A stretch of DNA of 56,995 bases from a virus (IMGVR_UViG_3300035703_000115:1-56995); one strand, 5' to 3'. Shown: positions 25,447 through 34,417, counted from the first letter of the stretch. The notes: generated by a model not told the origin, from the letters alone. Made by a program: numbers and translations.

Positions 25447-25660
25447 CTAACACCTCGATCAACTTGTCGATGTAGTGGCGGGCTTTCTTCAGTTCCTGCA
25501 CCTGTTCGTCCTTGCTGCCCATTCGCATCAGGTACTTCACGGCATTGCCTCTGAAGAATCCGATGCGCTGCTCAAGGGGCCATGTGTCCACTACGTCCCA
25601 CGGCTGCACGGACATCTGAACGTAGTGGGTGCCGCCTTCTTGCTTTCGCTTGGCGTTCAT
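25436..25660 (-). CDS. DUF3310 family protein (T7 gp1.7-like)
   Basis: QEGGTHY...QPWD...GFFRGNAVKYLMR...ELKKARHY. Confidence 0.8.
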   Translation of the reverse strand: MNAKRKQEGGTHYVQMSVQPWDVVDTWPLEQRIGFFRGNAVKYLMRMGSKDEQVQELKKARHYIDKLIEVLDAR

Positions 25661-26007
25661 GCTGCTTCCTTGAACGTCTCATTGACCTGGTTCCATGCGT
25701 CTTGGTTTGCGACCAAGATGGCCCCAAGATGGAAAACCGAAGCAGGCCGTGGCAGTCCTGGCGGCAAAGCAATCTCGCCCGATCCACGGCCCTCTGCCGT
25801 GTCTGCAAACCGCCCGTAGAACGAAGTGGGATACCCCCCGCCCAACTGCTTGCGGTAGGCCACATGGACGGCATCGCGGCAGACCATTGCCAAGAGCGAA
25901 TCCCGCACACGCTTGATGGGCAGCTTCAGTTCAGCGGCCAGTTCGTTTGCCGATTTCGGTACGTCCAGGGCGGCGAAGATGAGCATGGCTGCGGTGGGTC
26001 GGGTCAC
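25657..26007 (-). CDS. Putative winged-HTH protein
   Basis: PKSANELAAELKLPIKRVRDSL HTH-like segment. Confidence 0.5.
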   Translation of the reverse strand: MTRPTAAMLIFAALDVPKSANELAAELKLPIKRVRDSLLAMVCRDAVHVAYRKQLGGGYPTSFYGRFADTAEGRGSGEIALPPGLPRPASVFHLGAILVANQDAWNQVNETFKEAA

Positions 26008-26198
26008 TGCTGCCCCTCCGCTGCCAGGACTGCGCGCAGACGCTCAATGCGGGTTGCGTTGTAGGCGGCAAGAGCCTGGGCGTACTCCATCGCAGACTGC
26101 GCCTGCAGCCGCTCGCGTTCGGCCTGGGCCAGCTCGGCCGCGGCCAACTCAATGGCGGTCTTTTGCCGGAACACGCCCTTGACCATTTCACTCAACAT
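26004..26198 (-). CDS. Hypothetical coiled-coil protein
   Basis: ELAAAELAQAERERL...RIERLR; start uncertain. Confidence 0.55.
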   Translation of the reverse strand: MLSEMVKGVFRQKTAIELAAAELAQAERERLQAQSAMEYAQALAAYNATRIERLRAVLAAEGQQ

Positions 26199-26526
26199 CC
26201 ACAGACTCCCGTTGCTGTTTTGCTTGGCTTGCCCGCTCAGATCCCTCGTCAGGGCGGGTGCGGCGGTTGCGCCGCTCCGGCTCAAATAACTTGGCATCCC
26301 GGCCACACGGACCGCTGTATCTCGCATCGATGCAGGTGCTGTACTCACGCCGACTCCCTTTACTTCTCTTGCACACCATCACGCGGTTGATTTCCATCTT
26401 TCGCCGCGCCCCACCGACCGCTTCTGCGTAGTGCCTGCAGGCCATGCAGGTCTTGCGCTCCTCGCCCCAGGTGTAGTCGGGCAGGGTCCACTGCGGATCG
26501 GCGATGTAGACGCGGCGCCAGTTCAT
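26188..26526 (-). CDS. Hypothetical Cys-rich protein
   Basis: CMACRH...C...C...CGRDAKLFEP. Confidence 0.55.
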   Translation of the reverse strand: MNWRRVYIADPQWTLPDYTWGEERKTCMACRHYAEAVGGARRKMEINRVMVCKRSKGSRREYSTCIDARYSGPCGRDAKLFEPERRNRRTRPDEGSERASQAKQQRESVDVE

Positions 26527-26720
26527 GCCGCCTGTTCAATCTCACGCTGTTGAGCGTTCAGCCGGTCGCGCAGGCGCTCGGCTTCCTGTTGGAAGAACTT
26601 GTGTTCGCCGCAGGGCGTACCGTGGAAACCATCAATCACGATGAACATCCCGCCAAAAACGGTGCGGTCAAAGCGCACGAAGTAGCGGGCGCTTGGGTCG
26701 TTGTTTAAGGCGAGGCTCAT
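26523..26720 (-). CDS. Hypothetical protein
   Basis: MSLALNNDP..., ATGA-coupled. Confidence 0.5.
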   Translation of the reverse strand: MSLALNNDPSARYFVRFDRTVFGGMFIVIDGFHGTPCGEHKFFQQEAERLRDRLNAQQREIEQAA

Positions 26721-27034
26721 GCGGCTTCTCCAGTTGCTTTGGAGATGGCGGAACTTGCTGATTCCAGCGCGTGCGCTATGCCGCTGTCGGTGAAGGAAAG
26801 GCCACGCAGTTGGCGCTGGCAAAGCGTCAGCGCGTTTAGTAGTTCTGGAGATGCCGCCATCAAAAGCGCGTTTGTGACTGACTCCTCGTTGCGGCGAGGA
26901 ACTTTCGCAATTGGAAGATTGATTGGCCTGCCCATCACAACTGGCTGTATTGCAATGTTTGGGGTTGGCTTCGCGGGCCACCCGTAGGTTTGATCAATCT
27001 GCGCGTACCAAGGCCCCGGCGTGTGCTTGCTCAT
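26717..27034 (-). CDS. Second HTPGPW-family protein
   Basis: MSKHTPGPW...NALLMAASPELLNAL...AISKATG. Confidence 0.7.
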   Translation of the reverse strand: MSKHTPGPWYAQIDQTYGWPAKPTPNIAIQPVVMGRPINLPIAKVPRRNEESVTNALLMAASPELLNALTLCQRQLRGLSFTDSGIAHALESASSAISKATGEAA

Positions 27035-27642
27035 GCCGCCACCTTTGAAAGCCGCTCAACCATCTGATCAACCTCAATCAGGAACTGCTCAACCTCAAAC
27101 TCCAGCTCCGCAATGAGCTTGTCGTCGCGCTGGATGCGCGTGACGAACAACTGCAGATGAGCCGGGAAGCGGTCGTCGTAGCTGACGAAGTCGCACCAAC
27201 GACGGCCGGTGCAGGACATCTGCCACTGCATCTGCGTGACGTACTTCCCGTCTGGCTTGCCCGTGAGAAGCGTGTTCATGTGCGTGGCGCTGTTGGGCAC
27301 CTTGATCTCGAGCAGACCATCGGTGTTGATGACCCCGTCCGGCGAAGCGCCCGACATCTGCAGCCGGGGGTGCAGGATCAGCCCCACCTCCTCCACGATC
27401 TCGCCGCTCATGGCCTCGTAGGCCGCGCGGGCCACCGGCTCCATCTCCGTGCCGCGCTGCATGGCCGCGTTGGTGAAGGACTCCTGCCGGCGCCCGGTCA
27501 TGCGCTCCAGGACCAGTTCTGCCAAGTAGTTCTGGCGGGAGGTTGAGTACCCGGACTTGGTCTTGGCAATAACATCGGCCACGCGGCTAGCGGTCACCTT
27601 GCCCAGGCGCGCAGCGAACCATTCATCTGTGCGCTGGTCCAT
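27031..27642 (-). CDS. exo: YqaJ/lambda-type exonuclease
   Basis: QRTDEWFAARLGKVTAS, GASPDG, LEIK, QMQWQM. Confidence 0.92.
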   Translation of the reverse strand: MDQRTDEWFAARLGKVTASRVADVIAKTKSGYSTSRQNYLAELVLERMTGRRQESFTNAAMQRGTEMEPVARAAYEAMSGEIVEEVGLILHPRLQMSGASPDGVINTDGLLEIKVPNSATHMNTLLTGKPDGKYVTQMQWQMSCTGRRWCDFVSYDDRFPAHLQLFVTRIQRDDKLIAELEFEVEQFLIEVDQMVERLSKVAA

Positions 27643-28403
27643 CACTTGACCTCCGCATCGACGACGTTTGCCGCGGCAATGGCTGCGTTGAATGCATCCC
27701 GGCGCTGCAGCACCAGGTCTTTCAACTCCTCGTAGCCCGAGACATCACGGGCCGCATTGGCCAGGGCGCACTGCGCTTTCCAGATGCGCTGCAGTTCATC
27801 TTTGTCGGGAGCGGCGAGCACCAGGGCCTTGGCGGCATCCAGGTCGAAGGTGATGATTTCACCGGTGTCGGAGTTGATGACCTTCGGGGCGACGGATTCA
27901 ACGATGCGCTCGGCCTCGTCCTGCTCGTAGATGCCCACGAAGCCAAAGGCCAGACGGGCGCACTGGATCATGGCCTTGTGGCGCAGCATCCTCTTGGGGT
28001 GAGACTGCCACGGCCCGGTGCCACGCTTGCACTCCTCCATCCATTCCGTGACCTTCACCGGGTGAGCGCGGTCCTTGCGGTAGATGATGCAGGTGCAGGA
28101 CTCGTTGTCCTGCTGGAAGTCCATGCCATCAAACTGCGGGTGCGTGTTGATGATCCGGCTCCAACCGTCCACGCCGACCACCGGCACGATGCCGTTTGAC
28201 TTGTCGGGGAAGGCGTAGATTTCCTTGGTCCAAGGATTCAAGCTGTACTGGTTTGCGACCACCAACAGCGCGGCCATCTGCGCATCGGACACTTGGCCCT
28301 TGAAAGCGGTGGCCTTCAGGACGCCAACCAACTCCTCGGGCTCCCCGCCCAGGTTGAGTGCCGTTGCCAGCTTGCTGGCGTTGGCAAGAACGATGTTGCT
28401 CAT
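27642..28403 (-). CDS. bet: Bet/RecT-family single-strand annealing protein
   Basis: LNPWTKEIYAFPDK, VVGVDGWSRIIN, PWQSHPKRMLRHKAMIQCARLAFG. Confidence 0.93.
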   Translation of the reverse strand: MSNIVLANASKLATALNLGGEPEELVGVLKATAFKGQVSDAQMAALLVVANQYSLNPWTKEIYAFPDKSNGIVPVVGVDGWSRIINTHPQFDGMDFQQDNESCTCIIYRKDRAHPVKVTEWMEECKRGTGPWQSHPKRMLRHKAMIQCARLAFGFVGIYEQDEAERIVESVAPKVINSDTGEIITFDLDAAKALVLAAPDKDELQRIWKAQCALANAARDVSGYEELKDLVLQRRDAFNAAIAAANVVDAEVK

Positions 28404-28615
28404 TGCTTCCTCTCAAAGATGGCCCGAAGGACTCGGGCGATCAAGTTCTTGTAGTAAGACGCCCGGGTCATCGGGCGGGTGCGGCGGTACGGTCCGGTGA
28501 TGGCGCCCGTGTCGATCAATCGCTGAATCACCACGGTGCTGCCTCCCAGTTCGGCGCGAGCCTGGGCTTGCGTGTCTTGCGAAACGTTTTGCCCTTGAAG
28601 GTTGGAAATGGCCAC
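28400..28615 (-). CDS. Hypothetical protein
   Basis: SD GAGGGAG; coupled to bet. Confidence 0.45.
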   Translation of the reverse strand: MAISNLQGQNVSQDTQAQARAELGGSTVVIQRLIDTGAITGPYRRTRPMTRASYYKNLIARVLRAIFERKQ

Positions 28616-28640
28616 GCTCCCTCCCGTACAGACTGCGGAA

Positions 28641-28754
28641 TCAGACGATGCCCATCCACCACAGCGCCACCGGCAGGAAGACGCACATGGCCAGGAACAG
28701 CGCGCCGAGCAAGTCCATCGCGCCCTGCCGGCGCTGCTCGTAGGTCGTGCTCAT
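28641..28754 (-). CDS. Small single-TM peptide (37 aa)
   Basis: MSTTYEQRRQGAMDLLGALFLAMCVFLPVALWWMGIV; ATGA-coupled. Confidence 0.45.
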   Translation of the reverse strand: MSTTYEQRRQGAMDLLGALFLAMCVFLPVALWWMGIV

Positions 28755-28954
28755 GCGATTGCATGGTTGGCCAACACTTCTTCTTCAATGCGGCGAAGGG
28801 TGGCCTCTTCAAGCTGGCTGGTGATGTCCAGGCCGCCGACCCAGACCTTGAGGTTGGCCACCGCATCGCCGGCGCCGGGTTCGTCGTCGCGGTCGGCATA
28901 ACCGGGCGTGATGTCGAACTCGACTTCCACTTCAAGGGTGATTTCGAGGTTCAT
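28751..28954 (-). CDS. Hypothetical acidic protein
   Basis: MNLEITLEVEVEF...; SD GAGG; ATGA-coupled. Confidence 0.6.
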   Translation of the reverse strand: MNLEITLEVEVEFDITPGYADRDDEPGAGDAVANLKVWVGGLDITSQLEEATLRRIEEEVLANHAIA

Positions 28955-29142
28955 GCGGCCACCTCGCTGCGCTGTCCCGCAAGAGATGCCTGAATGGCCT
29001 GCACCATCTGCTCTGCCGCGGCGCGGGAGAGGTGAAAACTGAAGTTGCTGGTGCCGGTCTGCACATACAGCCAAGCGCCGGGCCGGTCGCCGTCCCACTC
29101 GTCTACCGACACACACACTTCCGTGTCATCAATCGTCTTCAT
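28951..29142 (-). CDS. Hypothetical protein, first gene of the left operon
   Basis: SD AGGAGAGG; directly downstream of PL. Confidence 0.6.
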   Translation of the reverse strand: MKTIDDTEVCVSVDEWDGDRPGAWLYVQTGTSNFSFHLSRAAAEQMVQAIQASLAGQRSEVAA

Positions 29143-29184
29143 CTGCCTCTCCTTGTTGCGCGTGTTGCGCTGTTGATGGAGAGG

Positions 29185-29214
29185 AGTTTAGGGCAATCTA
29201 AACGATACAGTCAA
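29185..29214 (-). promoter_or_regulatory. PL promoter (TTGACT-N18-TAAACT) with operator GTTTAG-N6-CTAAAC
   Basis: Palindrome at 29186-29203 has the same half-sites as the operator at 30390-30407. Confidence 0.75.
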
Positions 29215-29255
29215 GTGTGACCTAAACTTTTTTCATCAAAGCAAACCCTTAGATG

Positions 29256-29279
29256 AAAAAAAGCCACCCGAAGGTGGCT
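29256..29279 (-). terminator. Intrinsic terminator of the cI/lipoprotein transcript
   Basis: GCCACC-TTCG-GGTGGC followed by a T7 run on the minus strand. Confidence 0.8.
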
Positions 29280-29299
29280 GGTAGCGGATGCGGGTTGGT

Positions 29300-29644
29300 C
29301 TACGGCTTGGCGCGGGGCTTGTCGCTCTCGTCTCGCCAGTCGATGTCGCCAAAGTCCATGACGCTGTCTTCGGCCGGGCAGTCCATGCTCACGCCCTTCG
29401 GGCTTTCCCAGACGTAGCAGATTCGGTAGTCCACATGGATGGTGCCCTTCATGGGGATGCGGACCACGCGCAATGTGGCGTTGGGCATTTCATAGACACG
29501 CTCAATCGGCCCCTGCTTGAACATCTCGGCGACCTTGGCCCGCTCCTTTTCCCGGCGCTCCTTGGCCCGCCTTTCTTTGTCTGAATCGCCCGTGCAGCCG
29601 GCGATTGCGACTGACGCGACCAGGGCGAAAAGTGTTGATCTCAT
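29300..29644 (-). CDS. Lipoprotein co-transcribed with cI (possible superinfection exclusion)
   Basis: Signal peptide with lipobox IAG-C; ATGA overlap with the cI stop. Confidence 0.6.
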   Translation of the reverse strand: MRSTLFALVASVAIAGCTGDSDKERRAKERREKERAKVAEMFKQGPIERVYEMPNATLRVVRIPMKGTIHVDYRICYVWESPKGVSMDCPAEDSVMDFGDIDWRDESDKPRAKP

Positions 29645-30342
29645 AGCCCTCCCGAGCCCGACTTGTCCCTCACCCGGCCGATGATGCTGATGTGCTCTTG
29701 CACGGACTCGGGGTCGATTTCCTCGTCCTGAGGGCGGTGCGCAGGATTGTCACTGTGCAAAATGATTCCGCCATCAAGTCGCTTGTAGACGCGCTTGATT
29801 CTCAGTTCATCGCCGTAGCGCAGCGCGTACACCTTGCCATCCAAGATCGTGACCTCGGCTAGGTTCACCAGCACGGTGTCGCCCGAGTGAAGAAGGGGTT
29901 CCATGCTGTCGCCGCGGACTTGGAACCGCCTGGCTGACTCGGGCTTGATGCCCTGCTTCTGAAACCACTCCCGGCGGTAGGTCGCGAGGGTTGAGTCTTG
30001 GATCTCCTCGACGATGGGGATTCGCCCCGGCCCGGCGCTGAAGGTGACCGTGTGCTCGGGGATCTGGACGTAGTCTTCGCCCAAGTCCTCGTCGTCATCG
30101 TGCGCCCGAACCGCGACCGCCTGTATGACGCTGGATGGCGCGTCCATGAGGAAGTACGTCTCGGGCAGTCGCAACCTTTCCGCAAGTCGTGTTGCCACCA
30201 ACTCCCCGAACGGCTCGTTTTCGTCCAGCAACTGTGTGATTCGCCCCTTGCTGTATCCCGTTCGCCTCATCAATTCTTGGCGGTCCGACTTGAGCTTTGA
30301 CTCAAAGTAGGCGACGAATCGATCCCTGCGCTCTTTGTCCAT
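29641..30342 (-). CDS. cI: CI-like repressor with S24 peptidase domain
   Basis: N-terminal HTH (TGYSKGRITQLL), SAGPG cleavage site, VRGDSMEP and IKR; the real start is the internal ATG at 30342, divergent from cro. Confidence 0.9.
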   Translation of the reverse strand: MDKERRDRFVAYFESKLKSDRQELMRRTGYSKGRITQLLDENEPFGELVATRLAERLRLPETYFLMDAPSSVIQAVAVRAHDDDEDLGEDYVQIPEHTVTFSAGPGRIPIVEEIQDSTLATYRREWFQKQGIKPESARRFQVRGDSMEPLLHSGDTVLVNLAEVTILDGKVYALRYGDELRIKRVYKRLDGGIILHSDNPAHRPQDEEIDPESVQEHISIIGRVRDKSGSGGL

Positions 30343-30378
30343 CCTGGCAATGCTATGACGCGGGCGTTCAGCAATTTC

Positions 30379-30408
30379 TTGACAGCATCGTTTAGACTGA
30401 TCTAAACT
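30379..30408 (+). promoter_or_regulatory. PR promoter (TTGACA-N18-TAAACT) with operator GTTTAGA-CTGA-TCTAAAC
   Basis: Perfect -35; palindrome at 30390-30407; cro ATG lies 7 nt past the -10. Confidence 0.8.
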
Positions 30409-30414
30409 TTGCGC

Positions 30415-30630
30415 ATGAACCTGAACGATTGGCTTGACTTGGAACTTGGCCGCTCGGTCGCCTTGGCCCAGCACTTCGGATTGACCCGCAGTGCCATCAG
30501 CCAGTGGCGAACGAACGGCGTTCCACCCTCGCGAATGAAAGCCGTTCGCGACTTCACCAATGGCGAAGTGACCCTGGAGGAGATGGTGCCCGACACCGGC
30601 TCCGAGGCCGACAGCCGCACGGCGGCCTGA
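30415..30630 (+). CDS. cro: Cro-like regulator (YdaS-like)
   Basis: ALAQHFGLTRSAISQW...TNGEVT; divergent from cI. Confidence 0.85.
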   Translation: MNLNDWLDLELGRSVALAQHFGLTRSAISQWRTNGVPPSRMKAVRDFTNGEVTLEEMVPDTGSEADSRTAA

Positions 30631-30730
30631 CACCTCACCCGCGCAACTCACGCGCCATTTCCTCCCACTCCCAGGCCGCGTTGTCCATACAGCGCCGGAT
30701 GACCCAAGACAGTTTCTGAGTCGCCCAAAC

Positions 30731-30985
30731 ATGATCATCGATCCGATCCATTCGCTTTCCTCTCGTGGGCGCTCTGACGGCGCGCTGCAGGTTGAACTCC
30801 GAGGGATGTGCCCTCGGCTGACGGTCGATGTGCTGGACGCTGTGGCTTCTGCCCGCGGCTCCACCCGCACCGACCTCGTCAACGAACTGCTCTCCAAGTG
30901 GGCAGAGCAGCAGTTGCGAGAAGCAAGTCTCATCGCAAGGGTCACGCGCGGCAATCCCGAGGTCGCGGACGCATTCGGAGTCTGA
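30731..30985 (+). CDS. Ribbon-helix-helix-like regulator (CII position)
   Basis: ELRG...DVLDAVASARGSTRTDLVNELL pattern. Confidence 0.55.
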   Translation: MIIDPIHSLSSRGRSDGALQVELRGMCPRLTVDVLDAVASARGSTRTDLVNELLSKWAEQQLREASLIARVTRGNPEVADAFGV

Positions 30986-30988
30986 TGG

Positions 30989-31351
30989 ATGAACGCCCAA
31001 CTCGCCATTGACTTTGACCCGCCGCGCCTGGATCGGCCGCAGGGCCTGATGCAGTCGGCCCGCAAGCGCGGACAGCGCCTGGGGGACTTGGCCGCAGACC
31101 GTGCAGCAGAGGACTTCCGCGAGCGCGCCAAGGCATTTGCCGTGCGCTACCTGCAGGTGCATGGACCCAGCAGCAGCGAGGTGATCACTGACGCCGCGAA
31201 GGCCGCGGGGATCACGCCGCCGGATGACCGCGCGTTTGGACCTGTGTATGCGGCCCTGGCCAAGAAGGGCCAGATTGAGTTCGCCGGCTGGTGCGCCCGT
31301 GTCAAGGGTCACGGCACGGCGGGTGGGCGACTGTGGAGGGTGGCGGCGTGA
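30989..31351 (+). CDS. Hypothetical protein
   Basis: PPDDRAFG motif; GC3-rich codons. Confidence 0.6.
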   Translation: MNAQLAIDFDPPRLDRPQGLMQSARKRGQRLGDLAADRAAEDFRERAKAFAVRYLQVHGPSSSEVITDAAKAAGITPPDDRAFGPVYAALAKKGQIEFAGWCARVKGHGTAGGRLWRVAA

Positions 31352-31563
31352 GGGACTCGCGGCGCGTGTTTTCCGCGAAGCAAAAAAGGCATCTGTATTT
31401 GGCGCAGCGTGGTTGTTGCGCCAAGTGTGGTGGGCAACTCGGCCAACGCTGGGATGCCCACCACGAAGTTCGGCACGCCGATGGCGGCGTGACCGAGATC
31501 GTCAACGCGGTAGCCCTGTGTCTAGGGTGTCACCGCACGATTCATGGAGCTAAAAGTGATTGA
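31348..31563 (+). CDS. Small HNH endonuclease
   Basis: CAKC...AHH...GGVT..NAVALC..CHRTIH; GTG start in a GTGA overlap. Confidence 0.8.
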   Translation: MRDSRRVFSAKQKRHLYLAQRGCCAKCGGQLGQRWDAHHEVRHADGGVTEIVNAVALCLGCHRTIHGAKSD

Positions 31564-33247
31564 ACCAAGAGGTTGGCAAACCAAGGCCGTTGAGCGTTTC
31601 AAGAATGAGGACGCGAAGGCGTTTCTCGTCAACGCTTGCCCAGGCGCCGGCAAAACCATTTTCTCGGGTATCTGCTCGCGTCATGCCATTGACAGTGGCG
31701 AAGTTGATTTCGTGGTGATCGTAGTCCCGACCACCGCGCTCAAGGGCGACAAGGCCGCCGGCTTTCTGGGCGATTGGAACAAGGTTGGCATCCAGATCAC
31801 GACCGTTCTCAAGGATGGCAAGGGCCGCCCCGAGGAGTTCAGTGGAGCAGTGGTGACCTATCAGCAACTCGGCAATCTGCTCTCCACATTTGATGCTTGG
31901 GTTGGCGGCGGCTTGAGGCTGATGTTCGTGTTCGATGAAATCCACCATGCAAGCGAGTCCAACACATGGGGGATGGCCGTGGACCGTTGCGGCGAGTTGG
32001 CGGTCAAGGTGCTGGCGATGACGGGCACGCCTTTCCGCGGCGACGGCAGTCGCATTTCCTTCGTGCGCTACGACCAGGATGGCAAGGCCAAAGCTGATGC
32101 CACCTACACCTACCAACAGGCAGTTGCTGATCGCGTCTGTCGCCCGGTGGAATTTATGACCGATGACGGTCTGGCCCAGTACATCTACAACGAGCAAGAG
32201 GAGGAGATTCGAATCTCCGAGGCAACTGCTGATGATGAGGCCAGCAAGGCCGCTCGGGTGATCTTCAGCGCGGAGTCGGACTGGCTGCGTCAGGTCATAG
32301 AGAAGGCCGACAGTCGCCTGGAGCAGTACCGAGTCGCCGACATTGATGCCGGCGGGATCGTGATCTGCCGGCCCGGCAAGGACGAGCGAGATGACCGGCA
32401 CCTACTCCAGGTGGCCAAGGTTCTCAAGGCCATCACGGGTGAGACGCCGGAGGTCATTACCCACGACGATCAGGATGCCAACGCCAAGATCGAGCGGTTT
32501 CGAGAAGGTTCTTCAAAGTGGATCTGCAGCGTTCGCAAGATCAGCGAAGGCGTGGACATCAAGCGCCTGCGCGTGATGGTCATGGCGAACAACCCTGGCA
32601 CAGAGCTTCTGTTTCGCCAGTTGGTCGGGCGGGTCGTGCGCGTCGAGGACCGCACGATCACCGAGGACGCAACCATCTTCATGGCCAAGTTCCCGCAACT
32701 TGTGGGGTGGGCCAAGCAGATCATGGAGGAGGCCAGCGCGGGCTTGAGGACTCGGGAGGCGGAAGATGAGGCGCAGCAGAAGGAGATGACCGAGGAGCGC
32801 GTCTCCTCCTTTGTGGCGCTTGGTGCAACGCACGAGCATGGCGGCGGCGTTTCATCGTATGGCGAAACCTTCCAAGCCCATGAGATCAACTTCGCGGAAA
32901 GCTTCAAGCGAGGTGACCCCCAGATGACCAACATCCCGGCCACCGTCATTGCGCACATCTTCCGCAAGGCCAACGTGCAGGCGCCCGCTGATGTGGCCGT
33001 CACTGAGCCCTTGGCCGTCCAGAAAACCAGGGTCCGAAAGTCACTGAACAACTTGGCTCGCCAGTACGCATTCATGCGCAACCCGGACAAGCCTGATTTC
33101 TCTGGCGTCTTCCAAATGATCCATCGGTTCACGGGCGCGAAGAACTTGGACGACCTGCACGACAACCACAGCATCGACAAGATGCGTCAGGTTGAACGCG
33201 CCCTGCGCACGGCAATCGCTGGGAGCAGTGATGCAGCAGCAGCCTGA
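31544..33247 (+). CDS. Superfamily 2 DEAD/DEAH helicase
   Basis: PRGWQ, PGAGKT, DEIHH, MTGTPFR, ISEGVDI, QLVGRVVR. Confidence 0.9.
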   Translation: MELKVIEPRGWQTKAVERFKNEDAKAFLVNACPGAGKTIFSGICSRHAIDSGEVDFVVIVVPTTALKGDKAAGFLGDWNKVGIQITTVLKDGKGRPEEFSGAVVTYQQLGNLLSTFDAWVGGGLRLMFVFDEIHHASESNTWGMAVDRCGELAVKVLAMTGTPFRGDGSRISFVRYDQDGKAKADATYTYQQAVADRVCRPVEFMTDDGLAQYIYNEQEEEIRISEATADDEASKAARVIFSAESDWLRQVIEKADSRLEQYRVADIDAGGIVICRPGKDERDDRHLLQVAKVLKAITGETPEVITHDDQDANAKIERFREGSSKWICSVRKISEGVDIKRLRVMVMANNPGTELLFRQLVGRVVRVEDRTITEDATIFMAKFPQLVGWAKQIMEEASAGLRTREAEDEAQQKEMTEERVSSFVALGATHEHGGGVSSYGETFQAHEINFAESFKRGDPQMTNIPATVIAHIFRKANVQAPADVAVTEPLAVQKTRVRKSLNNLARQYAFMRNPDKPDFSGVFQMIHRFTGAKNLDDLHDNHSIDKMRQVERALRTAIAGSSDAAAA

Positions 33248-33800
33248 GCGCGATGTGCTTGAGGTGTTCCTGAGTGAATACCGCAGCAACCTCGCGCAGA
33301 CGCTTGAGGGGATCGCTTGGTACATCAAGAAGATCATCGCGCAGCGTTCCTGGGAGTCCAAGAACGATCAGGGTGGAAAGCCTTTCACATCGTTTGAGCA
33401 CTGGGTGGTGGACCGCGGCTATTGGGGCTTGCGCTCCACCATCTCCCAGTTGCTCGACTTCTGCAAGGCTGATCACGAGGCCCAGGCCCTCATTCGCGCG
33501 GAGGTTGGGACTGCGCCGAAGAACGGCGAGATCGGGAACGGCAGAAGTAGGGTTGATGCCATCAAACCTACAGATGGGGGCACATCGCAGACCTACTTGC
33601 TGAAACGCATGAAGCGCGACTTTCCGGACGCCGCACAGCGTGTGGTTGATGGGGAGTCCGCGCACTCAGTTGCTGTTGAACTTGGAATCCTTCCCAAGTC
33701 CATCAGGATCACAGACAAGACGGATGTTGATGTCGCCGCAGCGCGGATCAAACAGGTGCTTGGTGACTCGTTTGCGAAGCGCCTAAGGGAGGTTCTGTGA
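33231..33800 (+). CDS. Hypothetical protein with C-terminal YLLKRxKRD...SAH module
   Basis: Overlaps the helicase end; SD GGAG. Confidence 0.6.
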   Translation: MQQQPERDVLEVFLSEYRSNLAQTLEGIAWYIKKIIAQRSWESKNDQGGKPFTSFEHWVVDRGYWGLRSTISQLLDFCKADHEAQALIRAEVGTAPKNGEIGNGRSRVDAIKPTDGGTSQTYLLKRMKRDFPDAAQRVVDGESAHSVAVELGILPKSIRITDKTDVDVAAARIKQVLGDSFAKRLREVL

Positions 33801-34417
33801 CAGCGGGAATCTACGCAATCAATGATTTTGAAAGGGGTGTCCCGGTTTATGTTGGTCGATCAAAAAACATTGAGCGCCGCATTAAACAGCACCTCAAGGA
33901 TTGGATTTCATGCGAACGCAATGCAATCCTCGACGGGTGTATTGAGGCCCCATTCATAAGGTCGAAGAAATCCTTGTTTTCGCTTCTAGCGATAGAGGGA
34001 CTGCCATTTGATTGGGAGGTCATCGAGGAAACGAATGACTTGGAAAAAGCTGAGTCGTTTTGGATAGACGAGCTTCTTTCATCAGGGGTTCAACTTGCGA
34101 ATGGATATGGGACACACACCATGCAAGGTCGCGCACTAAAGCTGCCCTGCCCGTATTCAGAAAAGTATGGCGTTGGGCCTGCTGCTCTTTGCTATGTGAC
34201 GAAGGTGAGGATCGAGCAGACATACCTCCTCAAGCGCCTCAAGCGTGACGAGCCCGCGCTGGCCGAGAAGGTGGTGAGCGGAGAACTGTCGGCCCATGCC
34301 GCGGCGGTAGCGGCAGGCATCAAGAAGCGCCTTGTGCAGATTGAGCCCACGCCAGATGGGTTTGCCAAGGCAATCGAAAAGCACCTTCCGGGGTGGACAT
34401 TGGTGAGGGCGGCATGA
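33797..34417 (+). CDS. GIY-YIG nuclease domain fused to a YLLKRLKRD module
   Basis: GIYAI...YVGRS..IERRIKQH...E...N in an AT-rich 5' two-thirds. Confidence 0.75.
   Translation: MTAGIYAINDFERGVPVYVGRSKNIERRIKQHLKDWISCERNAILDGCIEAPFIRSKKSLFSLLAIEGLPFDWEVIEETNDLEKAESFWIDELLSSGVQLANGYGTHTMQGRALKLPCPYSEKYGVGPAALCYVTKVRIEQTYLLKRLKRDEPALAEKVVSGELSAHAAAVAAGIKKRLVQIEPTPDGFAKAIEKHLPGWTLVRAA

Noticed and set aside
30343-31131. 496-aa version of the repressor
   Set aside because: The N-terminal extension is the antisense shadow of cro and downstream genes and crosses PR; the ATG at 30342 gives a normal CI.
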